From the NCBI GenBank assembly GCA_937886715.1, contig CAKZZD010000020.1, positions 20,591-84,590 on the forward strand: a stretch of 64,000 nt of DNA. The letters are read 5' to 3'. Of the stretch, positions 16,500 to 25,119 are shown one piece after another; position 1 is the first letter of the stretch, and every line of letters begins with the position of its first letter. The notes under the pieces were generated by a model. The model worked only from the letters and a program-made list of their open reading frames with translations. It did no database searches and was not told the DNA's origin. Origin of the DNA: an uncultured Bacteroidales bacterium (GTDB taxonomy: Bacteria; Bacteroidota; Bacteroidia; Bacteroidales; P3). The translations under genes and the position numbers were made by a program.

Positions 16500-18919
16500 C
16501 TAAAGGGAAAACAGTTTACGACGTGGTACATGAAAACCTTTGTATTTCATGTGGCGCGTGTAAACCAATTTGCCCTCAAAGTGCCATACAATACAAATTT
16601 GAAAGAGGACTATTTCTTCCCACTATCAACAAAGCTAAATGCATTGCTTGTGAGAGGTGCTTGAAAATATGCCCAAGCCATCAGATTGATGTGGGTGCCT
16701 TATATGGGAATACCGATTTTCTTAACAATGACCAAAAATGTTTTACAGCTTTTTCTAATGACAGAATAATACGACGCTCAGGAACTAGCGGAGGCGTAGT
16801 ATCCACCATTATACTCCGATTGCTTGAAAACAAGGTTTACGAGAAAGCCTACGTTTTAAAGTATGAATCTTTTTCAGACAAACTACAGGCCAAGCTTACT
16901 CCAGTCACGACGAAAGGTGAAATATTGGGCGCAGCCAAATCCAAATACATACCTGCATCTGTCGAAAATGTTATTAACGACATTAGAAACAAACGCATTG
17001 GGAAAGCCATTATTGTTGCAACACCCTGCCAAACAATACCCATTCTCCATGCGATGAAACAATACTCCATATCAGAAGAAGACATATTGATCATTGGCTT
17101 ATTCTGCGACAAAACACTCAACTACAACGTCTATTCATTTTACAGGAAATTGTATGGCAAATACTCGGAGCTTCATTTTAGAGATAAAGAAGCTAATGGT
17201 TGGCCTAGCGACAGTCTACTGGTTTATGGTAACAAAAAGAGAAGAATAGTAAGTAGAGATATCCGAATATCATTAAAGTCATATTTTCAACCGAATCGGT
17301 GCCGTTACTGTTTTGACAAACTCAACCAACTCGCAGATATCAGTTGCGGGGATTGCTATATAGAAAGCGAATGTTCTGCAGAAGGATCCTCAAGTATCAT
17401 AGTTCGTAGCAAAAAGGGCCAAGATGCATTGGATTGTTGTAAACAGGACTTAACATTAAAACTTTCTGATATTTCAGACATAAAAGAATCGCAAAGAACC
17501 GATCTGAAATTAACATCAGTTATACGGAACACCCTTAATGGAGTATTCTATAATTTTCCGGCACTCAGTTATAGTGACAGCGATAAGATTCATTGTTACG
17601 AAAAAAAAGATTTGAAAGATATGGAACTTGGAGGCAAACTTTTTTCTCATGGTGGTTATTCCAAAATCAAAAAAAATATCATTGTGAAAAAATCACATAA
17701 TAACCTCTATTTCAAAAGGATAAAGAAAGTAATCAACTTCTTCAAGCACGCCATTTATAATCCAAGCCGAAAATACAACATACTGATTGACCATATTGGT
17801 TTTAACAATAGAGGTGCTCAACTCATGCTGATGTCTATAGTCGAGCAGATCAAACTTTATATTCCAAAAGCACAGATTGTCGTACCAGAATATGTATACT
17901 ACGAAGGAATCTCATATTGTCATCAACACCATATAGTCCCTCTTCAATATGGCAAAAGTCGAATCAAAACGATTCGAAATAAATATGCTTACCAAAATAT
18001 ACTTAACAAACACACTTATGTTGTCCCTTCCGACATCAATTTGATTCTGGACGCAGGCGGATTTCAGTTCGGAGATACTTGGGTACATGGTGAAAGCGAT
18101 ATTCACCATTGGACTAATTACTATAAACAGTTCACCAAGCCCGAACTGAAGGTTTATTTCCTTCCTCAGGCTTATGGGCCCTTTGACAACAACATTTCAA
18201 AAAAAATCATCTCAATCGCTCACAATGTAGCAACTCGTATGTACTCAAGGGACAATGTGTCCTATGTTCATTTAATGAAAACCTTCCCTGACAGTCAGAA
18301 AATTTTTAAAGCTCCTGATTTTACCATTCTCTTGAAGCCCACAGAATCACCTGTTGTGATACTGAGTCCTCAAAAGTATATTATAATCATCGCCAACAGT
18401 CGAATGATTGACCATTCAGACAGTTCGATTTCCTCTTCATACATTCCATTTTTAGTCCAGATTACCCAAATGCTCATCAATAATGGCGAGAATGTTCTGT
18501 TCCTAAACCATGAAGGTATTGATGATGAATTATTGTTACAAGAAGTCGACAGACAATTGTCTGTCGAAATCCCTATTATCACCCGGATTTCTGCCATAGA
18601 CACAAAAAGCATTATTGGGAAAGCCAAACTGCTAATTAGCTCAAGATTTCATGGGGTTGTAAGCGGCCTTACTCAAAATGTCCCAACATTATGCGCATCA
18701 TGGAGTCATAAATATATTGAGTTACTCAAAGAACATCAATGCGCCGATAGTTTATTGGACACCACTAACATCGAAAGCAGTAAGGTTATAATCAACGATG
18801 CGTTATTGAATCCCCAAAAATACACAAGCAAATTTGGGTGCAATCAACAAATCTCAACAAGTGCAGTTCAGATGTGGAAAGATATTTTTAAACAAGTATG
18901 TAACACACTTGATTATTAA
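16484..18919 (+). CDS. Fusion protein: 2x[4Fe-4S] ferredoxin + FrhB-like (F420 hydrogenase/dehydrogenase beta) domain fused to a polysaccharide pyruvyl transferase domain
   Basis: The N-terminus has CISCGACKPICP and CIACERCLKICP, then SGGVVSTI...ATPCQ...GLFC. The C-terminal half has NRGAQLM, LDAGGFQFGD and LLISSRFHGVVSGL (pyruvyl-transferase-like). It is one 811-aa ORF in a markedly AT-rich region. Confidence 0.7.
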   Translation: MSTSIAKGKTVYDVVHENLCISCGACKPICPQSAIQYKFERGLFLPTINKAKCIACERCLKICPSHQIDVGALYGNTDFLNNDQKCFTAFSNDRIIRRSGTSGGVVSTIILRLLENKVYEKAYVLKYESFSDKLQAKLTPVTTKGEILGAAKSKYIPASVENVINDIRNKRIGKAIIVATPCQTIPILHAMKQYSISEEDILIIGLFCDKTLNYNVYSFYRKLYGKYSELHFRDKEANGWPSDSLLVYGNKKRRIVSRDIRISLKSYFQPNRCRYCFDKLNQLADISCGDCYIESECSAEGSSSIIVRSKKGQDALDCCKQDLTLKLSDISDIKESQRTDLKLTSVIRNTLNGVFYNFPALSYSDSDKIHCYEKKDLKDMELGGKLFSHGGYSKIKKNIIVKKSHNNLYFKRIKKVINFFKHAIYNPSRKYNILIDHIGFNNRGAQLMLMSIVEQIKLYIPKAQIVVPEYVYYEGISYCHQHHIVPLQYGKSRIKTIRNKYAYQNILNKHTYVVPSDINLILDAGGFQFGDTWVHGESDIHHWTNYYKQFTKPELKVYFLPQAYGPFDNNISKKIISIAHNVATRMYSRDNVSYVHLMKTFPDSQKIFKAPDFTILLKPTESPVVILSPQKYIIIIANSRMIDHSDSSISSSYIPFLVQITQMLINNGENVLFLNHEGIDDELLLQEVDRQLSVEIPIITRISAIDTKSIIGKAKLLISSRFHGVVSGLTQNVPTLCASWSHKYIELLKEHQCADSLLDTTNIESSKVIINDALLNPQKYTSKFGCNQQISTSAVQMWKDIFKQVCNTLDY

Positions 18920-18973
18920 CAATCACCGTTGGTAAGCGAAAACATGTAATTCAGATACAACTTAGAATTGATC

Positions 18974-19855
18974 ATGGGAAACAGACCTCTCTTCTCATTA
19001 CTAATAGCCAACTACAACAACGGCTGCTATCTACAGCAGGCCATTGATAGCGTGATGGCTCAGACCTACGACAATTGGGAGATTATCTTAGTGGACGACG
19101 GTTCAACAGACAATTCTGCCGAAATATACAAAAAATACGAATCCGATCCCCGTTTTCATATCTACTTCAACGATAAGAATCATGGCTGCGGATACACCAA
19201 ACGCCGCTGCGCAGAACTGGCCAATGGAGAAATATGCGGATTCCTTGACCCAGACGACGAGTTATTGCCAGATGCGCTAATGCTTCATATCAACGAACAC
19301 CTGAAAAACAGAGACTGCGCAATTGTGTATTCCCGTTGCAACTATTGCAATGACGCAGGTGAAATCATCGGAATTAGCCAGCTCCCTCCCTTTAAGGAAG
19401 GCGAAACTTTTTTTGACTATCGCTGGTATGGTACCATGAACTTTGCTTCATACAAGAAAAAAAAGTATGATAAGACTGAGGGCATCTCTGCCACACTAAA
19501 AGCTGGTGTTGACCAAGACCTTTATTTTAAGGTTGAAGAGACTGGGGAGATTGTCGCTCTAGACAAAATCACTTATCGCTATTACAAAAGACATACAGAT
19601 ATGGCAATCACATCAGTCGCCAATCAAGCTGATCTTTGGTATTGGAATCTTGTAGCAAGAAGGGAAACCTGCAAACGTAGGAACATAGACGAACACAAGA
19701 TTCTCCGCGATGATTTCGAATTTATACACAACTTTCTGATCAAAGAAGAATGCGTTAAAACAGAGATGAGAATCAGAAATTCACTTCCTTACAGAATTGG
19801 TAAGATTTTTTTAACTCCTTTTTATCTCATCCGTAATTTCTTCCAACAAAAATAA
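18974..19855 (+). CDS. Glycosyltransferase family 2
   Basis: It contains FSLLIANYNNGCYLQQAIDSVMAQTYDNWEIILVDDGSTDNS and DPDD. The track start at 18968 is TTG; the ATG is at 18974. Confidence 0.85.
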   Translation: MGNRPLFSLLIANYNNGCYLQQAIDSVMAQTYDNWEIILVDDGSTDNSAEIYKKYESDPRFHIYFNDKNHGCGYTKRRCAELANGEICGFLDPDDELLPDALMLHINEHLKNRDCAIVYSRCNYCNDAGEIIGISQLPPFKEGETFFDYRWYGTMNFASYKKKKYDKTEGISATLKAGVDQDLYFKVEETGEIVALDKITYRYYKRHTDMAITSVANQADLWYWNLVARRETCKRRNIDEHKILRDDFEFIHNFLIKEECVKTEMRIRNSLPYRIGKIFLTPFYLIRNFFQQK

Positions 19856-19863
19856 TCAAGACT

Positions 19864-20961
19864 ATGGGGAAACCAATAGTATTAGCATACTACCTCCCAC
19901 AGTTCCACCCCATACCGGAAAATGATCTTTGGTGGGGCAAAGGATTTACCGAATGGACCAACGTCGGCAAGGCCATGCCTCTCTTTCAAGGTCACTACCA
20001 GCCAAAGGTGCCAGCCGACTTAGGCTACTACGACCTCCGTGTTCCAGAGACACGCATCGAACAAGCCCGCTTGGCAGCACAGTATGGCATCCACGGCTTC
20101 TGCTACTGGCATTACTGGTTCGGCAACAACAAGCAGCTTTTGGAACGCCCTTTCAATGAAGTTGTTTCCTCCGGCGAACCCGATTTCCCGTTTTGCTTGG
20201 CTTGGGCAAATGAGTCTTGGAAAGGATTTGACCATGGACTGAGAAACCGCAAAGTTCTCATCGAACAAACCTACGGTGGAGAAAAAGACTACACAGAACA
20301 TTTCTATTCCGTCCTGCCGGCGTTCCTTGACAAACGGTATATCAAACGGAACGGATGCCCTCTTTTCACAATATACTTCCCTCAAAACATCCCCGACTGC
20401 AAAGCATTTGTCGACCTTTGGCAAACCCTTGCCCAAAAGAATGGTCTGCCCGGAATATTCTTCATCGGGCTCTCCCTACACACCGACGAACAAACTCTTG
20501 CCTCCATGCAACAGCTTGGAATGAATGCAATCTCAACCATCCGGCTGGAAGACTTCTACGGCAATCTTAAACACAAGGTATCGCTGGGACAAAAGATACA
20601 CAATAAACTGACAGGAAACGTCTTGCCTCCAAGAGCACTCGAGTACAAAGACACCATGAAGTACTTCTACAACTCCTTGGATGCCACCCCGAGCATCTAT
20701 CCTACCATTATCTCCGGATGGGACCATAGTCCTCGCACAGGACGTGAAGGCCTCATCATGTACAACTACACCCCTGATTTGCTGAAAGAACACGCAACCC
20801 AGATACTGAGCCTCGTTCAGAACAGAAACGACGAGGATTCCTTTGTCTTTCTGAAATCTTGGAATGAATGGGCCGAGGGCAACTACATGGAACCCGACTT
20901 GAAATACGGGCATCAATTCCTACAGGCTCTGAAAGAAGCAATAGATAGTTTTAGCAAATGA
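19864..20961 (+). CDS. WbsX-like (GH99-like domain) polysaccharide biosynthesis protein
   Basis: It contains AYYLPQFHPIPENDLWWGKGFTEWTNV, FCYWHYWF and SWNEWAEGNYMEPD. Confidence 0.75.
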   Translation: MGKPIVLAYYLPQFHPIPENDLWWGKGFTEWTNVGKAMPLFQGHYQPKVPADLGYYDLRVPETRIEQARLAAQYGIHGFCYWHYWFGNNKQLLERPFNEVVSSGEPDFPFCLAWANESWKGFDHGLRNRKVLIEQTYGGEKDYTEHFYSVLPAFLDKRYIKRNGCPLFTIYFPQNIPDCKAFVDLWQTLAQKNGLPGIFFIGLSLHTDEQTLASMQQLGMNAISTIRLEDFYGNLKHKVSLGQKIHNKLTGNVLPPRALEYKDTMKYFYNSLDATPSIYPTIISGWDHSPRTGREGLIMYNYTPDLLKEHATQILSLVQNRNDEDSFVFLKSWNEWAEGNYMEPDLKYGHQFLQALKEAIDSFSK

Positions 20962-21827
20962 ACCCCATCGTCTCCATCGTCCTTCCCTGCTACAACGGCG
21001 CAGGCTTTCTTGCGCAATCCATCAACAGCGTCGTTGCTCAGACTTTCAACGACTGGGAACTCATCATTGTCAACGACTGCTCGACAGACAACTCGCTAGA
21101 GATCATGCAGCGCTACGCCAATGAGGATATCCGCATTCGCATTGTCAACAACGAACATAACCTCAAACTACCTGGAGCATTGAATAGAGGCTTCCAAGAA
21201 GCCAAAGGCAAATACCTCACATGGACATCGCACGATAACCGCATGGCATCCACCATGCTCGAAGAGTTCGTGTCCTACCTCAATGCCAACCCCGACAAGG
21301 GGCTCGTCACCGCCTGCTATGCCGCCTTCAGCCTCGCGACGGGCGAACAGCTCTACGAAGTCCATCACCCAGACCCTCAGATACACCTCCCGCTCTACAA
21401 CTGCGTCTGCTATGCCTTCATGTACCGCCGCGAGGTACTGGAAACCGTGGGCGACTACGACACCACCCTTTTCCTCGTCGAGGACTACGACTACTGGGTG
21501 CGCATCTGGCTCAAGTTCCCCATCGGCAAGATATACAAAGTGCTCTACTACACCGGCGTCGGCGACGATACGCTGACTCTCTCCCGCAAAAAGGATATAG
21601 CAAAGAAACTGGTGGAAATGCGCCTGCGCTATTTCGACAGCTTCAACGATGCCCTTGCTCTCCATCCGGATCTCCAAAGGAAACTATACAACAGCATCGC
21701 CGACAACCTTCAAGGCCTTCCACGTCTACGATTCACGCTCCAAAGAGGCCTTAAATACAGCGCCTCTTACTGGCTGTTCTATCGTCCAAAGAAGACTCTA
21801 AAGAAACTAAAACATAAACTCAAATAG
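20958..21827 (+). CDS. Glycosyltransferase family 2
   Basis: It contains VSIVLPCYNGAGFLAQSINSVVAQTFNDWELIIVNDCSTDNS. There is an ATGA overlap with the upstream gene. Confidence 0.85.
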   Translation: MNPIVSIVLPCYNGAGFLAQSINSVVAQTFNDWELIIVNDCSTDNSLEIMQRYANEDIRIRIVNNEHNLKLPGALNRGFQEAKGKYLTWTSHDNRMASTMLEEFVSYLNANPDKGLVTACYAAFSLATGEQLYEVHHPDPQIHLPLYNCVCYAFMYRREVLETVGDYDTTLFLVEDYDYWVRIWLKFPIGKIYKVLYYTGVGDDTLTLSRKKDIAKKLVEMRLRYFDSFNDALALHPDLQRKLYNSIADNLQGLPRLRFTLQRGLKYSASYWLFYRPKKTLKKLKHKLK

Positions 21828-21838
21828 ACATTCTTTTT

Positions 21839-22281
21839 CTCAATCAGATTTTAAAAGAATCATGGATAAGGACTTGATATATACTATTATTGGATGCGTA
21901 CTGAAAGTTCATTCAAAATTAGGTCCGGGCCTTTTAGAGTCTGTTTACCAAAAAGCATTGATGATTGAATTGGACAATGAATGCCTTTCGGCAGAAGAGG
22001 AAGTGCCATTAGAAATAATGTATGATGGAAATAACCTCGGATTAGGTTTTAGAATGGACATCTTGGTTGAAGGCTAGATTATCCTTGAACTAAAATCCGT
22101 ATCAGCTTTAGAAAAAGTACACTTCAAGCAGTTACAAACATACCTGAAACTATCGAACAAACCTTTGGGATACCTAATAAATTTCAACGTGGACAAAATG
22201 GTTATCGGCTCAAGCATCCATCGCATCACAAACATCAACTATCAAGAATAACTCTTTTATAATCTTTTACAATCTGATTGA
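21839..22281. mobile_element. 443-bp inverted-repeat-bounded cassette carrying a GxxExxY pseudogene
   Basis: The left arm is ctcaatcagattttaaaagaatc (21839-21861). The right arm is tcttttataatcttttacaatctgattga (22253-22281), whose reverse complement tcaatcagattgtaaaagatt matches 19/21. Confidence 0.5.
21862..22251 (+). pseudogene. GxxExxY family gene interrupted by an in-frame TAG
   Basis: The sequence MDKDLIYTIIGCVLKVHSKLGPGLLESVYQKAL...DILVEG is followed by TAG at 22075-22077. The same frame then continues IILELKSVSALEKVHFKQLQTYLKLSNKPLGYLINFN... to TAA at 22249-22251. Confidence 0.75.
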
Positions 22282-22292
22282 AATTTAAGTCC

Positions 22293-23306
22293 ATGCCGAG
22301 AGTTACCGTGCTGATGCCGACATATAACGTAGCCCCTTGGGTCGAGGAATCCATCCGCAGTGTCCTTAACCAGACCTACCACGACTTTGAGTTATTGGTG
22401 GTCGACGACGCGTCGACGGATCAAACCCTTGATGTGGTAAGAGCCATCCGCGACCCCCGCATCCGCATCGCCTCGTTTCCAAACAACGTAGGCCTGGCCG
22501 ACAACCTCAATCGAGGCCTTGATATCATCGACACCGAGCTCGTGGCCCGTATGGACGGCGACGACATCGCCGAACCCGACTGGCTGGAAACAGGCATACG
22601 CATCCTCGACACCCACCCCGAAGTAGGTATCTGCAGTTTCGGCTTTCAGTTCTTCGGTGCCAAAACTTCTGTGGTCCGATTCCCTGAGCTCCACGAGGAC
22701 TCCAAAGCCCAGATGCTCTTCGGATGCACCGTCATTGTGCCGGTGTTCCGCAAATCCGTCTTCACCGACAACCACCTCCACTACAGCACCGAAGCCTTCC
22801 CGGCCGAGGATTATATGATGTGGGCCAATGCCTACCCCTTGACGCAGATCTACAACGTCCAGCGCACCCTCTTCCACTACCGCACCCACGCCACCCAGAT
22901 CTCCACCTCGCGACGCGAAGCCCAGATCGTGAAAAGCAACGAGGTGCGCCTCAAGATGCTCCAATGGCTCAACCCCGCCTTCACAAACGAAGAAAAGCAG
23001 TACTTCCTCGACAACTTCGTCCCTTGCAAAATCGATTCCAGGAAAGACATCGCCACCCTCACGGCCTTCGCTCAACTCCTCATCGACCGCAACACCCCCG
23101 GCAACTACTCCGGCGATGCACTGCGCCGCAAGTTCAAATCCCATATCGCCTATGGTGCCTTGGACTATGTGGAACACAGATACTTTCCCTCTCAGTACAC
23201 CCCCTTCGCCCTCATCCGACTCCTCGCCAGCGGCCTCTACCCTACCCTGCCAAAGAAAAACCGCCGCAAACTGATAGCCAAATGTCTGCTGCTCAAAAGA
23301 AAATAA
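22293..23306 (+). CDS. Glycosyltransferase family 2
   Basis: It contains VTVLMPTYNVAPWVEESIRSVLNQTYHDFELLVVDDASTD and ARMDGDD. The track start at 22278 is TTG and lies inside the repeat; the ATG is at 22293. Confidence 0.85.
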   Translation: MPRVTVLMPTYNVAPWVEESIRSVLNQTYHDFELLVVDDASTDQTLDVVRAIRDPRIRIASFPNNVGLADNLNRGLDIIDTELVARMDGDDIAEPDWLETGIRILDTHPEVGICSFGFQFFGAKTSVVRFPELHEDSKAQMLFGCTVIVPVFRKSVFTDNHLHYSTEAFPAEDYMMWANAYPLTQIYNVQRTLFHYRTHATQISTSRREAQIVKSNEVRLKMLQWLNPAFTNEEKQYFLDNFVPCKIDSRKDIATLTAFAQLLIDRNTPGNYSGDALRRKFKSHIAYGALDYVEHRYFPSQYTPFALIRLLASGLYPTLPKKNRRKLIAKCLLLKRK

Positions 23307-23314
23307 TATAAAAT

Positions 23315-23413
23315 CTCAATCAAATTGTAAAAGATTTAAAAAGAAAAAACTATTTTTTTACATCCTATTAGCAATAGTAACCATCTTTTATAATCTTTTA
23401 AAATCTGATTGAG
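23315..23413. repeat. Empty copy of the 21.8-kb cassette inverted repeat (about 30-nt arms, 39-nt loop)
   Basis: ctcaatcaaattgtaaaagatttaaaaaga ... tcttttataatcttttaaaatctgattgag. The right arm is almost identical to 22253-22281 and 34822-34851. Confidence 0.85.
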
Positions 23414-23422
23414 ACAAACAAT

Positions 23423-24196
23423 ATGATTGACTTCCGCCGCAAACTCCACAACCTCACCCACCCCATCCTGGGACGCATACTGATGCTCCATCGTGTGGTA
23501 GAACACCGCAACGAAGGCGACAACCGTGAGCTGGAGATTACGCCCGACTTCTTGAAACAAACTATTGAGACCTACCGTCAGCAAGGCCATCGTTTCGTCT
23601 CCATCGACGAGGCCTGCGACATCATTGCCAAAGGTCGCACCGACCAACCTTTCGTCTGCCTCACTTTCGACGACGGCTATCAGGACAACTACGACATTGC
23701 CTACCCCATCCTGAAACAGAAACAAGTACCCTTCGCCATCTACGTCACCACTGGCTTCATCGACAACCGCCTCCCCATGTGGTGGTACCGCTGCGAAAGC
23801 CGAGAGCAGTGCCAAACTTGTTTGAGTAATGCCGAGGTGCAGCAGCGTGAGCGTAGCTACCCTGGCGAACAACTTGGAATCAGTTCCGAATCTCTCAAAG
23901 CCTTAGATGCCGACCCCCTCTGCACCATCGGTGCCCACACGGTCAGCCACCCAAAGCTTGACATTCTCTCGCTCAATGACCAGCAGAAAGAAATCACACA
24001 ATCCCGCCAGGAACTGGAGGCCCTCCTCGACCATCCCATTCTCCACTTCTCCTATCCCCATGGTGCCTACAACTCCGACACTTTGGCCATCATCAGCCGT
24101 CAGCCATTCCATTCCTCCCTCTGTGCTTGGGGAGGCACCCTACGTCGCGGTGCCAATCCTTTGACGCTACCTCGCATCGAACTTCGCCAACCTTAA
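23423..24196 (+). CDS. Polysaccharide deacetylase (CE4) family protein
   Basis: It contains VCLTFDDGYQDNY, GAHTVSHPKL and FSYPHG. Confidence 0.8.
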   Translation: MIDFRRKLHNLTHPILGRILMLHRVVEHRNEGDNRELEITPDFLKQTIETYRQQGHRFVSIDEACDIIAKGRTDQPFVCLTFDDGYQDNYDIAYPILKQKQVPFAIYVTTGFIDNRLPMWWYRCESREQCQTCLSNAEVQQRERSYPGEQLGISSESLKALDADPLCTIGAHTVSHPKLDILSLNDQQKEITQSRQELEALLDHPILHFSYPHGAYNSDTLAIISRQPFHSSLCAWGGTLRRGANPLTLPRIELRQP

Positions 24197-24202
24197 CCTA
24201 TT

Positions 24203-25066
24203 ATGCAAAAACGTCAACTGGTTTTCCATCTTGGCCACTCAGCAGGATTCTACTCCGAATTCAACAATATGGTGCTGGCCATCCTGTATTGCCATAAGCA
24301 TAACATCGATTTCAAACTCTACTCTGCCGATGCCAATTTCCGAGTCAAGAATGGCTGGCAAGACTACTTCCTTCCTTTCTGCAACGAATCCCACAACCCA
24401 GTCCACCACTACATCAACCACCGTTTCGAAGCGCCCAAGGGCGGCAAACGCAAGCTGATCTGCAGTCTCTACAGGTTCATCTTCCCCAACACCCTACTCA
24501 CCTCTGACCTATGGAACAGTTTCCGGCATATCGACCATGAAGAGCTCACCACCTCGGAAGTCCAACAATACTCTTCCGACATCATAAACAAAATCTATCG
24601 TTTCAATCCGTCCACGCAACAAAAGGTGGACAACCTGATCACATCCCTCGGCATCAATACCCCGTATGTCGGTTTTCACATCCGCGGAGGAGACAAAAAC
24701 ACCGAACACGACCTGATCTCCATCGACCGCTACATCTCTCGCGCCGAAGCTTCGACATCCATCCGACAAGGGTTCGTGTTCACCGACGACTACCATTTCA
24801 TTGAGTCACTCCGCAAGAATTATCCCGAATGGCGTTTCCTCACCCTCACTCCTCCAGACGACCACGGCTACTTCTTCTCCGACTTCTTAAAACTTTCCTC
24901 CCAGGAGCGGGACCAGCGACAAATCAACATGTTTGCCTCTATCGAACTCTTGAGCCGCGCGGACCTCGCTTTCTGCACCTACAGTTCAAACGTAGGCATG
25001 TTCCTCGGAATGCGAATGGGATCCCGAGCCATCGGCATCGACATGGACAACTGGATGATATGGTGA
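24203..25066 (+). CDS. Putative fucosyltransferase-superfamily glycosyltransferase (HxRxxD motif type)
   Basis: VGFHIRGGDK resembles the conserved motif of GT11/GT23/GT65-type fucosyltransferases. The gene lies next to a GT10 gene and in a locus with gmd/fcl. Confidence 0.4.
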   Translation: MQKRQLVFHLGHSAGFYSEFNNMVLAILYCHKHNIDFKLYSADANFRVKNGWQDYFLPFCNESHNPVHHYINHRFEAPKGGKRKLICSLYRFIFPNTLLTSDLWNSFRHIDHEELTTSEVQQYSSDIINKIYRFNPSTQQKVDNLITSLGINTPYVGFHIRGGDKNTEHDLISIDRYISRAEASTSIRQGFVFTDDYHFIESLRKNYPEWRFLTLTPPDDHGYFFSDFLKLSSQERDQRQINMFASIELLSRADLAFCTYSSNVGMFLGMRMGSRAIGIDMDNWMIW

Positions 25067-25119
25067 TCCATCCCACGAATTAACGAAATGCTCGTCACCA
25101 TCATAAGACAAGACATCTC

